NCBI GenBank assembly: GCA_964016885.1
Contig: OZ024759.1
Coordinates: forward strand, 33,852,001 to 33,916,000
Length of the DNA stretch: 64,000 bases
Direction of reading: 5' to 3'
Source: Eledone cirrhosa
Lineage: Eukaryota
Part shown: positions 40,252-56,348 of the stretch, one piece after another
How positions within the stretch are numbered: the stretch's first letter is position 1
How the letters are laid out: the number at the start of each line of letters is the position of its first letter
Translations under genes and position numbers: made by a program
Notes under the pieces: generated by a model
The model's database searches: none
Seen by the model: the letters and a program-made list of their open reading frames with translations, nothing else
Told to the model about the DNA's origin: nothing

Positions 40252-41471
40252 TTGTTCTCGATCGTATTACATCACTGAAATATTGGCATGACCCTTTGAC
40301 TTAATCTTCGATTGTCTAGCAAGCTTGTTTGATGTATAGAGGCGCCATGACAACCACTTGTTGATCAACGCCTTCTACTGACTAAAACTGAGAATCAATC
40401 ACACTGGTTAGCAGTCATTGACACCAACTGAACTCTGACTTGAAATTTCAGCAATGTTCCTCTTCTAAACATTATGGTTGTATTGATGATAATCAAGAAT
40501 TAATCGCTAAGCAATAATACATTATTGCTTATGGCTTCTCATCTCCTCTGAATCTTCATTGGTTTAACAAGTAAATATATTATCTCCTTTTCAGGCCACA
40601 CCATGTCTGAGCGGTCAGGAAATATATTATGGAAGGTAAAGATATATAGTGTATTTGTATGTATGTACGCCTGCATGTATGTATGTATGTATTTACGTGC
40701 GTGTGTGTGCATATATATATGAATGTGGCAACGCATGTCAATTTGTAGCAGGACTGAAGCGATATCTAAAGGTTCAGAGGCAACCTGATGCAAGACCTGA
40801 GGCCGGGGAGATCTGAAGTTGTCGTCAATGTTCCAAGGATTGGAAACGCATACCCGAGACTCATACGTGAATTTGACAAGCATTTGTAATACTCTTGGCG
40901 TGGGCGTCTATGCATGTATGTGTGTAGGTTTGATGTAAGCATATATGAATGTATGTACATTTTGAAGGGGGCAGTGTAGTGAGAGAACCCTAGTCTTCAT
41001 TAAGACATCGCTCTAGAAGATCACATGGTCACATACAAACACTTCAAGGAGAAGCATTATTTAATATATGACATCGTCTGCGATGTATAACATTGCTGGC
41101 TACAGGCAAGACCCTAGCTGGAATATAAAGCCACGCCCTTTATGCTCATCCTTAAGTATCGAGCTATGGAGTTACTAGAAATCGAGTTGCAGCCATCATG
41201 TACGTATATATGTGTATACATGTGTGTGTATGTGTGTGTATGAGCAAATGAGTGAGTGAGTGAGTGTGTGTTTGTGTGTATGAGTGAATGAGTGAGTGAG
41301 AGAGTGAGTCGATGAGTGTGTGTGTGAGTGTGAGAGTGTGTGTGTGTGCGTTCGTGTGTAGGGGTGAGTGAGTGAGTGAGTGAGTGAGTGAGTGAGTGAG
41401 CGTGTGTGTGTGTGTGTGTGTGTAGGAGTGAGTGAGTGAGTGAGTGAGTGAGGGTGTGTGTGTGTGTGTTC

Positions 41472-41515
<44 letters not shown>

Positions 41516-42014
41516 GTTTGTGCCATTGTATTTTATGTCATATATCTATTTATAACACAGAGTTAACAACAACCAAATAGACCAACACACCACAAAACAG
41601 TCAAAGGTTTGCTGCAAGAGGAGTGTAAAAGGGAGGGAAGGTGTATGCACATATAATATTCACGTGCATATTGAAAACGCAGCGTTCATTTATGTCAGCA
41701 CTAGTTTATTACGAAAATGCATCGAATTTGCGATCAAAGAATCGGATTCCTAAACGTATTATACAAAAATGTCAAAGGGTGATATATCAGTGCGTAATGT
41801 TGTAAAGTATATTTTGTGCATGTGTCTGTATATATCTCGATATATGTATGTGTATGTATGCGTGTTTGTCCTTTAACTATGTGTATTTTTATATAATTGT
41901 GTGTATGTGCGTCTATTTATCTGCATATATGTATGTGTATGTATACGTATTTTCTAGTGTACGCATGTTTATATGTGTGTGTATGTGTGTAGTGGTCATT
42001 TTGTATGTTCGTAT

Positions 42015-42205
42015 GACGGTGGATTGGCAGTATCGGTAGAGGGTCGGACGCCATGCTCTGCAGCAAAGACTTACGGCCCTTTATGGTCTGAGTTCAAATC
42101 CCACCGAGGTTAACTTTTCCTTTCATCCTTACGGGGTCGATAAAATAAAGTGCCAGTAATACACTGGAATAATTGGTGGCCTTGTACCAAATGTAGAAAG
42201 AATTA
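42015..42205 (+). mobile_element. SINE family A, full length, between long direct repeats
   Basis: Head, core and tail; flanks 41850-42010 and 42240-42388 are homologous. Confidence 0.9.
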
Positions 42206-43092
42206 TGTATGTGTGTGTGTATATCTCTATATATTAATGTGTATGTATGCACGTTTGTCCTTTAACTAAGTGTATTTTTATATAATTGTGTGAATGTGTG
42301 TGTATTTATATGCATGTATACGCATTTTCTAGTGTACGTATGTGTATGTAATTTGGTGTATGTGTATAGAGGTCATTATGTATGTTTAGTGTATATATGT
42401 GTACATTGTGTTTTTATAGATTGTGTGTGTGTGTGTGTGTAGGTGATACGATTCTGTATATATATATATATATATGTGTGTTGTGTGTATATTGTGTTAT
42501 ATTTCTGTGTATTGTGCGAGACCCATGAATGTGTCTGTTGCATATTTGTGTCAATATATCTGTGTATATTATACAGATTGCTGCTACTACTACTAAGACT
42601 ACTACTACTACTAATGATAATACTACTACTACTAAACCACTATTACTACTACTACTATAACTACTACTACTACTCTACTACTACTAAACGACTACTACTA
42701 CAGCAACAACAACATATACTAATACTACTACTACTACACGTAGTAACCACAGTCACCACAACCAGCACTATCACCAATCATCTTCCAGAAATATACGGAG
42801 AGGGAGAGAGAGAGAGAGGAATGGAGAGAGAGAGAGTAATTATTTTAGACATATAGAACTCACAAAAATTGTAAAATTTACTTTATATTTATAATTTATT
42901 TGCTGATGTCAAAGTTTCCATCGCAATATCTGCTATGATACAGAGACTACGTCACAGACACAATAAGACGGAGTTTGATGGGAATTCAGCTGCTATTTCT
43001 AGCAACCCAATGGTTCAGAACATATTTACAAATTGGCTCTAGAATTGGATAGGGAGAACTACGCAACGCATTCAACTCTATATAAACTTTGG

Positions 43093-43137
<45 letters not shown>

Positions 43138-43310
43138 TATGAAAGACGTAAATAAGAAAGTTATGAAAATTGACTTACTTACTAAAATTTCACTCCAACT
43201 AATTAGTTTCTGTAAGGGGATAAATACAGTTATGTAATACATATATATCTGCTAGCGTATGTATACATCTGTATCCATATGTCGGTAGATATATTAATTC
43301 TTTATATACA

Positions 43311-43342
<32 letters not shown>

Positions 43343-43464
43343 CATATATATATATACATATATATATATACATATATATACATACATACATATACATACA
43401 TATATAATACATACATATATACATACATATATATATATACATACATATATACATACATACATAT

Positions 43465-43597
<133 letters not shown>

Positions 43598-43604
43598 TAA
43601 ATAT

Positions 43605-43635
<31 letters not shown>

Positions 43636-43640
43636 AATAT

Positions 43641-43759
<119 letters not shown>

Positions 43760-44212
43760 TATATACAGAGAGAGAAAGAGAGATTTGAGGTGGGGTATAT
43801 TAAGAGAGAGAGAGAGGGGGGCGAGAAAGACATAAAGCTACAATAAAAATTAGAATAAATTCTGGTAATAATTGCTAAGATGGCCGAATAAAATTCTTAC
43901 CTAAGGCTAGTGTGATGTTTAAGATTAGTACAACAAGCTGTCACAGAACTGAGATTTGGGATCTCTACCTGCCAATAGAATGACTTAACAAATGCACACA
44001 CTTGGAAATTTCTAACTAACATTATATTATTAGAGCTAAAATATAACAGATAATCTTCACTTGTTGACTATTTCGAGTCTTTTAATCCGATTCCTGGCGA
44101 ATTAATATAATCCGCAGCTGACCTGCAATGGGAAAATGGATGTATTTAAACATGGACAAATGGTCTACCAAAGATGTTCTCCCCATCTCTCTCTCCCTCT
44201 ATATATATATAC

Positions 44213-44341
<129 letters not shown>

Positions 44342-44407
44342 TGTGTGTATGTAGAAAATGGAGCAATACCAATCCCTCTGCACCTACACATGCAAACACA
44401 CACAGAT

Positions 44408-44440
<33 letters not shown>

Positions 44441-44519
44441 GCTAACCCAGCGAAAATTTCACGCGGTTTAATTATAGAAAAAACCCTAAGTCTTACAGAT
44501 CTATATGACATTTCAAATG

Positions 44520-44720
44520 CGTCTGATGGAATGATTTGTGATATTGATTTCGGCTGTCAACTGTATGGGTTTAAATTCTGCCGGGGTCATTTGTTTCCTT
44601 CCATCATTTCGAGGTCGAAAAAATACCAGTAATGTACTGGGGTCTATTCTTCCTCTATATCCCTTTCACTCTCACTCCTCCTCTGGAAGAAATCAACTGG
44701 ATTACGACCTGGAGAGAGAT
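44520..44720 (+). mobile_element. Old SINE subfamily A2 (same core, different tail)
   Basis: CCTTCCATCATTTCGAGGTCGAAAAAATACCAGTAATGTACTGGGGTC, then a tail ending GACCTGGAGAG; homologous to 61090-61255 and 63415-63665. Confidence 0.6.
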
Positions 44721-45019
44721 GAGTTCTGCCCGAGTTAAGAAAGCTCGAGAAAAGCTGTATTTCAGTACGGCTCCCCTATGACACCCTCGGGAATTACGGG
44801 ACTATCCATGCATGTAAGTATATGCTGGGGGTTTCTGTTAAGACCGTCTAGTTTCCCTAAACCTTTGGTAAAGGAATGATTATATTGTATTGTTTATTAT
44901 GTAATCAAATAGCTCTGTACAATACATAGAGCACTCTTCTTTCATTTACCTGTTCTACTGAAATTCATAACACACACACACACATATTATATATATACGG
45001 TATATTGTTATTAATAATT

Positions 45020-45482
45020 TAACGTAAACAAAATATTGCCACGAAATAAGCCATAAAAAAGCCATAAAAAACCGCTGACGATATTTACGATTCCGCGAAC
45101 ATGCGTTGGTTTCCAGGAACCATTGCCTTTCACCCTTAAGGGGTCGATAAAATAAAGTACAAGTAATGTACTAGTAAATTGCGGGCCTTGTGCCAAAAGT
45201 AGAAACAATTATTAATTAGTTATTAAAGGCTGTGGATTGGCAGTATCGGTAGAGGTTCGGACGCCATGCTTTGAAGCATAGAGTTACCTCCCTTTATGAT
45301 CTGAGTTCAAATCCCGCCGAGGTTAACTTTGCCTTTGATCCTTACGGGGTCGATAAAATAAAATACCAGTAATGTACTGGGATAATTGTTGGCCTTGTGC
45401 CAAAAGTAGAAACAATTATTAATTAGTTTCAAAAGAAAATTCCGCGAATAACAAGGGACCGCGAATGCGGGGGTACACTGTA
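45020..45482 (-). mobile_element. pogo/Tigger-like MITE remnant interrupted by two SINE A copies (45121-45212, 45225-45420, plus strand)
   Basis: Right end reverse complement TA-CAGTGTACCCCCGCATTCGCGG; ATTCCGCGAA motif on both sides of the SINE pair. Confidence 0.5.
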
Positions 45483-45489
45483 TATATGC

Positions 45490-45548
<59 letters not shown>

Positions 45549-45635
45549 GGGGCGGTGGAAGCATATATCTGAATTAGGTGGGGGACAAAGGTCAATTTAT
45601 AGTGATCAGTTTAGCTGTTATTATCAAATATCAAC

Positions 45636-45859
45636 TAAGGGTGATGGATTGGCAGTATCGGTAGAGGGTCGGACGCCATGCTTTGCAGCATAGAGTTACG
45701 GCTCTTTATGATTTGAGCTCAAATCCCGCCGAGGTTAACTTTGCCTTTCATCCTTACGGGGTCGATAAAATAAAGTACCAGTCACGCACTGGGGTCGATT
45801 TAATCGACTTTCTTCTCCTCCCCCAAAACATTACTGGCCTTGTGCCTATATAAGAAACC
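45636..45859 (+). mobile_element. SINE family A, long variant, with 16-bp TSD
   Basis: TSD ATTATCAAATATCAAC at 45620-45635 and 45860-45875; extra GGGGTCGATTTAATCGAC segment. Confidence 0.92.
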
Positions 45860-46092
45860 ATTATCAAATATCAACCACACACACCACCATCCCCACCCCC
45901 ACCACGATGCCATCCTACGGGTACGCATGCGCAAGCTAATGTGTATGCACGCACCTATACACGTGTGTGTGTGCGCGTGTGTGTACGTGCGTAAGATTAA
46001 TCGGCGACTCAATAGCAATAGTATGAAATTTGAAGAAACTTTTAGAAAAACAATAGATTTATATAAATTTCCTACTTGACGACACGCTATAC

Positions 46093-46749
46093 ATAATTGA
46101 CGTTATTAATAAATTAATATTAATAGGGACTGTAACGAGAGTGACCTACCCTGATTTCATTCATTAACGTGGTTCAGTGTTCCTAGTTTTATTTCATTGA
46201 TATTTTATATATAATTAGATGTTACGTCACATATGACGTTGACATTATACTACTACTTCTACTTCAACTACTACTACTACTGTTGCTACTACTACTACTA
46301 CTACTACTACTATTGCTGCTACTACTACTACTACAACTACTACTACAACCACTAATGCTACTACCACTACTGATACAACTACTACTGCCACTACTACTAC
46401 TACTACCACTACTACAACTACTACTACCACTATTACGACTACTAGTACCACCACTACTACTACTACTGCAACCACTACTACTACTACCACTACTGCTACT
46501 ACCACTACTGCTACAACTATAACTACTACTACTACTACCACTACTACTACTACCACTACAACCACTACTACTACAACTACCACTACCACTACTACTGCTA
46601 CTACTACCACCACTACTACTACTACAACTACTACTACCACCACTACTATCACTACTACCACTACCACCACTTCTACTACTACTACTACTATACTACTACC
46701 ACCGCTACTACAACTACTACTACCACTACTACTACTACTACAACTACTA

Positions 46750-46780
<31 letters not shown>

Positions 46781-48581
46781 AAATACTACTACCACCACTA
46801 CTACTACCACTACTACTACTACCACTACTACTACCACTACAACTACCACTACTACTACCACCGCTACTACTACTACTACCACTACAGGTATACCAACATT
46901 ATCATCCCAATTATCAACATTTTGTCATTAAACTTTACAGTAATATATATATATATAACTGACGTTATAAATTAATATTAATAGGGACTGTAACGAGAGT
47001 GACCTCCCCTGATTTCATTCATTAACATAGTTCAGTGTTCCTAGTTTTATTTCATTGATATTTTATATGTAATTAATGTTACGTCACACATATTACTACT
47101 TCTACTGGTACTGGTACTGGTACTACTACTACTACTACTACTGGTACTGGTACTACTACTACTATTGCTGCTGCTGTTACTACTGCTACTAATGCTGCTG
47201 CTGCTGCTACTACTACTTCTACTACTACTACTGTTAATACTACTAGTGCTACTATTGATGCTGCTACTACTACTACTAATACTACTGTTAATACTACTAG
47301 TGCTACTACTACTGGTGTTGTTAATACTAACACTAAATACTACTACTGCCACTACTACTGCTACTACTGCTGCTGCTTCTACTACTACTACTGATGCTGG
47401 TACTACTACTACTGCTACTACCACTACTACTACTACTACTACTAGCACTACTACTACTACAACAACAGCTACTACTACTACAACTACTATAACTACTGCT
47501 ACCTCTACTACTACTAGTAGTACCACCACTACTACTACTACTACCACTACCACCACTACTACTACACCTACTACTACTTCTACTACCACCACTGCTACAA
47601 CAACAACTACGACTACAACTAATACCACCACTACTACTACTACTACTACTACCATGACTACTACTACTACTACATCTACTACTACCACTACTACTACTAC
47701 AACTACTACCACTACTACCACTAATATTACTACTACCACGACCACTACTACAACTACTACTACCACTACACCTACTACTGCTACAACAACAACTACTACC
47801 ACTACTACTACTACTACTACAACTACTACTACCACTACTACTATCACTACTACAACTACTACCACTACTGCTACCACTACAGCTACTACCACAACAACAA
47901 CTACAACCACTACTACTACCACCACTACTAATACTACTACAACTACTACTACTACCACTATTACTACAACTACTACTACCGCTACTACTACCACTACTTC
48001 TACTACTACTACCACTACTACTACTACAACTACTACCACTACTACTACAACTACTACCACCACTACTACCACTACTACTACCACCACTACTAATACTACT
48101 ACTTCAACTACTACTACCACTACTACTACCACCGATACTACTACAACTACTACTACCACTACTACTACAGCTACTACTACCACCACTACTACTACCACTA
48201 CTAATACAACAACAACAGCTACTACTATTACAACTACTATAACTACTGCTACCTCTACTACTACTACTAGTACCACCACTACTACTACTACTACCACTAC
48301 CACCACTACTACTACACCCACTACTACTTCTACTACCACCACTGCTACAACAACAACTACGACTACAACTACTACCACCACTACTAATGCTACTACTACT
48401 ACTACCATGACTACTACTACTACTACAACTACTACTTCCACTACTACTATCATTGCCACTACTACTACTGCCACTACTACTACTACAACTACTACCACTA
48501 CTATCACTAATATTACTACTACCACGACCACTACTACAACTACTACTACCACTACACCTACTACTGCTACAACAACAACTA

Positions 48582-48615
<34 letters not shown>

Positions 48616-48686
48616 CACTACTACTATCACTACTACGACTACTACCACTACTGCTACCACTACAGCTACTACCACAACAACAACTA

Positions 48687-48720
<34 letters not shown>

Positions 48721-48773
48721 CACTACTACTACAACTACTACTACCGCTACTACTACCACTACTTCTACTACTA

Positions 48774-48810
<37 letters not shown>

Positions 48811-51343
48811 AAGTACCACTACTACTACAACAACTACTACTACCACTACTACTACCATCACTACTACTACTACAACTACTACTACCACTACTACCACTAC
48901 TACTACTACTATCACTACTACAACTACTACTACCACCACTACTACCACCACTACTACTACCACTACAACTACCACTACTACTACCACCGCTACTACTACT
49001 ACTACCACTACTACTACAGGTATACCAACATTATCATCCCAATTATCAACATTTTGTCATTAAACTTTACAGTAATATATATATATATAACTGACGTTAT
49101 AAATTAATATTAATAGGGACTGTAACGAGAGTGACCTCCCCTGATTTCATTCATTAACATAGTTCAGTGTTCCTAGTTTTATTTCATTGATAGTTTATAT
49201 GTAATTAATGTTACGTCACACATATTACTACTTCTACTGGTACTGGTACTGGTACTACTACTACTACTACTACTGGTACTGGTACTACTACTACTAATGC
49301 TGCTGCTGCTACTACTACTTCTGCTACTACTACTTCTACTACTACTACTGTTAATACTACTAGTGCTACTATTGATGCTGCTACTACTACTTCTGCTACT
49401 ACTACTAATAATACTACTGTTAATACTACTAGTGCTACTACTACTGACGTTGTTACTACTAACACTAAATACTACTACTGCCACTACTACTGCTACTACT
49501 GCTGCTGCTTCTACTACTACTACTACTGCTGCTGGTACTACTACTACTGCTACTACCACTACTACTACTACAACAACAGCTACTACTACTACAACTACTA
49601 TAACTACTGCTACCTCTACTACTACTACTAGTACCACCACTACTACTACTACTACTACCACTACCACCACTACTACTACAACTACTACTACTTCTACTAC
49701 CACCACTGCTACAACAACAACTACGACTACAACTACTACCACCACTACTACTACTACTACTACTACCATGACTACTACTACTACTACATCTACTACTTCC
49801 ACTACTACTATCACTGCTATTACTACTACCACGACCACTACTACAACTACCACTACCACTAGACCTACTACTGTTACAACAACAACTACTACCACTACTA
49901 CTATCACTACTACAACTACTACCACTACTACTAACACTACTGCTACCACTACAGCTACTACCACAACAACAACTACTACAACTACTACAACCACTACTAC
50001 TACCACCACTACTAATACTACTACAACTACTACTACTACTATCACTACTACTACAACTACTACTACCGCTACTACTACCACTACTTCTACTACTACTACC
50101 ACTACTACTACTACAACTACTACCACTACTACTACAACTACTACCACCACTACTACCACTACTACTACCACCACTACTACTACTACTACAACTACTACTA
50201 CCCCTACTACTACCACTACTACTACAACTACTACTACCACCACTACTACTACTACCACTACTACTACTACAACAACAGCTACTACTACTACAACTACTAT
50301 AACTACTGCTACCTCTACTACTACTACTAGTACCACCACTACTACTACTACTACCACTACCACCACTACTACTACACCTACTACTACTTCTACTACCACC
50401 ACTGCTACAACAACAACTACGACTACAACTACTACCATCACTACTACTACTACAACTACTACTACCACTACTACTACTACCACTACTACAACTACTACTA
50501 CCACCACTACTACTACCACCACAACTACTACCACTACAACTACCACTACTACTACCACCGCTACTACTACTACTACCACTACTACTACAGGTATACCAAC
50601 ATTATCATCCCAATTATCAACATTTTGTCATTAAACTTTACAGTAATATATATATATATAACTGACGTTATAAATTAATATTAATAGGGACTGTAACGAG
50701 AGTGACCTCCCCTGATTTCATTCATTAACATTTTTCAGTGTTCCTAGTTTTATTTCATTGATATTTTATATGTAATTAATGTTACGTCACACATATTACT
50801 ACTTCTACTGGTACTGGTACTGGTACTACTACTACTACTACTACTGGTACTGGTACTACTACTACTATTGCTGCTGCTGTTACTACTGCTACTAATGCTG
50901 CTGCTGCTGCTACTACTACAACTAATACCACTACTACTACTACCACTACTGCTACAACTACAACTACTACCACTTCCACCACTACTACTACAACTGCTAC
51001 AACAACTACGACTACAACTACTACCACCACCAATACTACTATCACTACTACTACTACAACTACTACCACTACTACCACTAATATTACTACTACCACTACC
51101 ACTACTACAACTACTACTACCACTACACCTACTACTGCTACAACAACAACTACTACTACAACTACTACTACTACTACTGCTACTACTACTACTACTACCA
51201 CTACTACTATCACTACTACAACTACTACCACTACTGCTACTACCACTACTTCTACCACTACACCTACTACCACAACAACTACTACTACCACTACTACTAC
51301 CACTACTTCTACTACTACTACCACCACTACTACAACTACTACT

Positions 51344-51387
<44 letters not shown>

Positions 51388-52422
51388 TACTACTACTACA
51401 ACTACTACTACCACTGCTACCGCTACTACTACCACCACGACTACTACTACCACTACTACTACTACAACAACAGCTACTACTACTACCTCTACTACTACTA
51501 CTACTACCACCACTACTACTACTACCACTACTACTACTACTACAACTACTACTACCACTACTACCACTACTACTACTACCACCACTACTACTACCACTAC
51601 AACTACCACTACTACTACCACCGCTACTACTACTACTACCACTACTACAACTACCACTACTACAACTACTACTACTACCACTACTACTACCACTACTACT
51701 ACTATCACTACTACAACTACTACTACCACCACTACTACCACCACTACTACTACCACTACAACTACCACTACTACTACCACCGCTACTACTACTACTACCA
51801 CTACTACTACAGGTATACCAACATTATCATCCCAATTATCAACATTTTGTCATTAAACTTTACAGTAATATATATATATATAACTGACGTTATAAATTAA
51901 TATTAATAGGGACTGTAACGAGAGTGACCTCCCCTGATTTCATTCATTAACATAGTTCAGTGTTCCTAGTTTTATTTCATTGATATTTTATATGTAATTA
52001 ATGTTACGTCACACATATTACTACTTCTACTGGTACTGGTACTACTACTACTACTACTACTACTACTGGTACTGGTACTACTACTACTAATGCTGCTGCT
52101 GTTACTACTACTTCTGCTACTACTACTTCTACTACTACTACTGTTAATACTACTAGTGCTACTATTGATGCTGCTACTACTACTTCTGCTACTACTACTA
52201 CTAATACTACTGTTAATACTACTAGTGCTACTACTACTGACGTTGTTACTACTAACACTAAATACTACTACTGCCACTACTACTGCTACTACTGCTGCTG
52301 CTTCTACTACTACTACTGATGCTGGTACTACTACTACTGCTACTACCACTACTACTACTACAACAACAGCTACTACTACTACAACTACTATAACTACTGC
52401 TACCTCTACTACTACTACTAGT

Positions 52423-52454
<32 letters not shown>

Positions 52455-53025
52455 CACTACCACCACTACTACTACAACTACTACTACTTCTACTACCACC
52501 ACTGCTACAACAACAACTACGACTACAACTACTACCACCACTACTACTACTACTACTACTACCATGACTACTACTACTACTACATCTACTACTTCCACTG
52601 CCACTACTACTACTACCACTACTACTACTACAACTACTACCACTACTACCACTAATATTACTACTACCACGACCACTACTACAACTACTACTACCACTAC
52701 ACCTACTACTGTTACAACAACAACTACTACCACTACTACTACTACTACTACTACTATTACTACCACTACTACTATCACTACTACAACTACTACCACTACT
52801 ACTACCACTACTGCTACCACTACAGCTACTACCACAACAACAACTACTACAACTACTACAACCACTACTACTACCACCACTACAACTACTACTACTACTA
52901 CCACTACTACTACAACTACTACTACCGCTACTAGTACCACTACTTCTACTACTACTACCACTACTACTACTACAACTACTACCACCACTACTACAACTAC
53001 TACCACCACTACTACCACTACTACT

Positions 53026-53057
<32 letters not shown>

Positions 53058-56000
53058 AACTACTACTACCCCTACTACTACCACCGCTACTACTACAACT
53101 ACTACTACCACTACTACTACACCTACTACTACCCCCACTACTACTACTACCACTACTACTACTACAACAACAGCTACTACTACTACAACTACTATAACTA
53201 CTGCTACCTCTACTACAACTACTACTACCACCACTACTACTACTACCACTACTACTACTACCACTACTACTACTACCACTACTACTACTACTACAAGTAC
53301 CACTACTACTACAACAACTACTACTACCACTACTACTACCATCATTACTACTACTACAACTACTACTACCACTACTACCACTACTACTACTACCACTACT
53401 ACTACCACTACTACTACTACCACTACTACAACTACTACTACCACCACCACTACTACCACCACTACTACTACCACTACAACTACCACTACTACTACCACCG
53501 CTACTACTACTACTACCACTACTACTACAGGTATACCAACATTATCATCCCAATTATCAACATTTTGTCATTAAACTTTACAGTAATATATATATATATA
53601 ACTGACGTTATAAACTAATATTAATAGGGACTGTAACGAGAGTGACCTCCCCTGATTTCATTCATTAACATAGTTCAGTGTTCCTAGTTTTATTTCATTG
53701 ATATTTTATATGTAATTAATGTTACGTCACACATATTACTACTTCTACTGGTACTGGTACTGGTACTACTACTACTACTACTACTGGTACTGGTACTACT
53801 ACTACTAATGCTGCTGCTGCTACTACTACTTCTGCTACTACTACTTCTACTACTACTACTGTTAATACTACTAGTGCTACTATTGATGCTGCTACTACTA
53901 CTTCTGCTACTACTACTACTAATACTACTGTTAATACTACTAGTGCTACTACTACTGGTGTTGTTACTACTAACACTAAATACTACTACTGCCACTACTA
54001 CTGCTACTACTGCTGCTGCTTCTACTACTACTACTACTGCTGCTGGTACTACTACTACTGCTACTACCACTACTACTACTACAACAACAGCTACTACTAC
54101 TACAACTACTATAACTACTACTACTACTACTACTACTACCACTACCACCACTACTACTACAACTACTACTACTTCTACTACCACCACTGCTACAACAACA
54201 ACTACGACTACAACTACTACCACCACTACTACTACTACTACTACCATGACTACTACTACTACTACATCTACTACTCCCACTACTACTATCACTGCCACTA
54301 CTACTACTACCACTACTACTACTACAACTACTACCACTAATATTACTACTACCACGACCACTACTACAACTACTACTACCACTACACCTACTACTGTTAC
54401 AACAACAACTACTGCCACTACTACTACTACTACTACTACTACCACTACTACAACTACTACCACTACTACTACCACTACTGCTACCACTACAGCTACTACC
54501 ACAACAACAACTACTACAACTACTACAACCACTACTACTACCACCACTACTAATACTACTACAACTACTACTACTACCACTACTACTACAACTACTACTA
54601 CCGCTACTACTACCACTACTTCTACTACTACTACCACTACTACTACTACAACTACTACCACTACTACTACAACTACTACCACCACTACTACCACTACTAC
54701 TACCACCACTACTACTACTACTACTACAACTACTACTACCCCTACTACTACCACCGCTACTACTACAACTACTACTACCACTACTACTACAACTACTACT
54801 ACCACCACTACTACTACCACTACTACTACTACAACAACAGCTACTACTACTACAACTGCTATAACTACTGCTACCTCTACTACTACTACTAGTACCACCA
54901 CTACTACTACTACTACCACTACCACCACTACTACTACACCTACTACTACTTCTACTACCACCACTGCTACAACAACAACTACGACTACAACTACTACCAT
55001 CACTACTACTACTACAACTACTACTACCACTACTACTACTACCACTACTACAACTACTACTACCACCACTACTACTACCACCACAACTACTACCACTACA
55101 ACTACCACTACTACTACCACCGCTACTACTACTACTACCACTACTACTACAGGTATACCAACATTATCATCCCAATTATCAACATTTTGTCATTAAACTT
55201 TACAGTAATATATATATATATAACTGACGTTATAAACTAATATTAATAGGGACTGTAACGAGAGTGACCTCCCCTGATTTCATTCATTAACATAGTTCAG
55301 TGTTCCTAGTTTTATTTCATTGATAGTTTATATGTAATTAATGTTACGTCACACATATTACTACATCTACTGGTACTGGTACTGGTACTACTACTACTAC
55401 TACTACTGGTACTGGTACTACTACTACTATTGCTGCTGCTCTTACTACTGCTACTAATGCTGCTGCTGCTGCTACTACTACTTCTGCTACTACTACTTCT
55501 ACTACTACTACTGTTAATACTACTAGTGCTACTATTGATGCTGCTACTACTACTGCTGTTGTTACTACTAACACTAATACTACTACTGCCACTACTACTG
55601 CTACTACTGCTGCTGCTTCTACTACTACTACTACTGCTGCTGGTACTATTACTACTGCTACTACCACTACTACTACTACTACCACTACTACTACTACAAC
55701 AACAGCTACTACTACTACAACTACTACTACTAGTATCACCACTACTACTTCTACTACAACTAATACCACTACTACTACTACCACTACTGCTACAACTACA
55801 ACTACTACTACTACCACTTCCACCACTACTACTACAACTGCTACAACAACTACGACTACAACTACTACCACCACCAATACTACTACCACTACTACTACTT
55901 CCACTATTACTACCACTGCCACGCCTACTACTATCACTACAACTACTACCACTACTACCACTAATATTACTACTACCACTACCACTACTACAACTACTAC

Positions 56001-56199
56001 TACCACTACACCTACTACTGCTACAACAACAACTACTACTACAACTACTACTACCACTACTACTATCACTACTACAACTACTACCACTACTGCTACTACC
56101 ACTACTTCTACCACTACACCTACTACCACAACAACTACTACTACCACTACTACTACCACTACTTCTACTACTACTACCACCACTACTACAACTACTACT

Positions 56200-56243
<44 letters not shown>

Positions 56244-56313
56244 TACTACTACTACAACTACTACTACCACTGCTACCGCTACTACTACCACTACTACGAC
56301 TGCTACTACTACG

Positions 56314-56348
<35 letters not shown>

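Noticed and set aside
46983-47044. Tandem pre-miRNA cluster in the macrosatellite core
   Set aside because: By-eye pairing gives only about 9 bp of stem with a poorly paired interior
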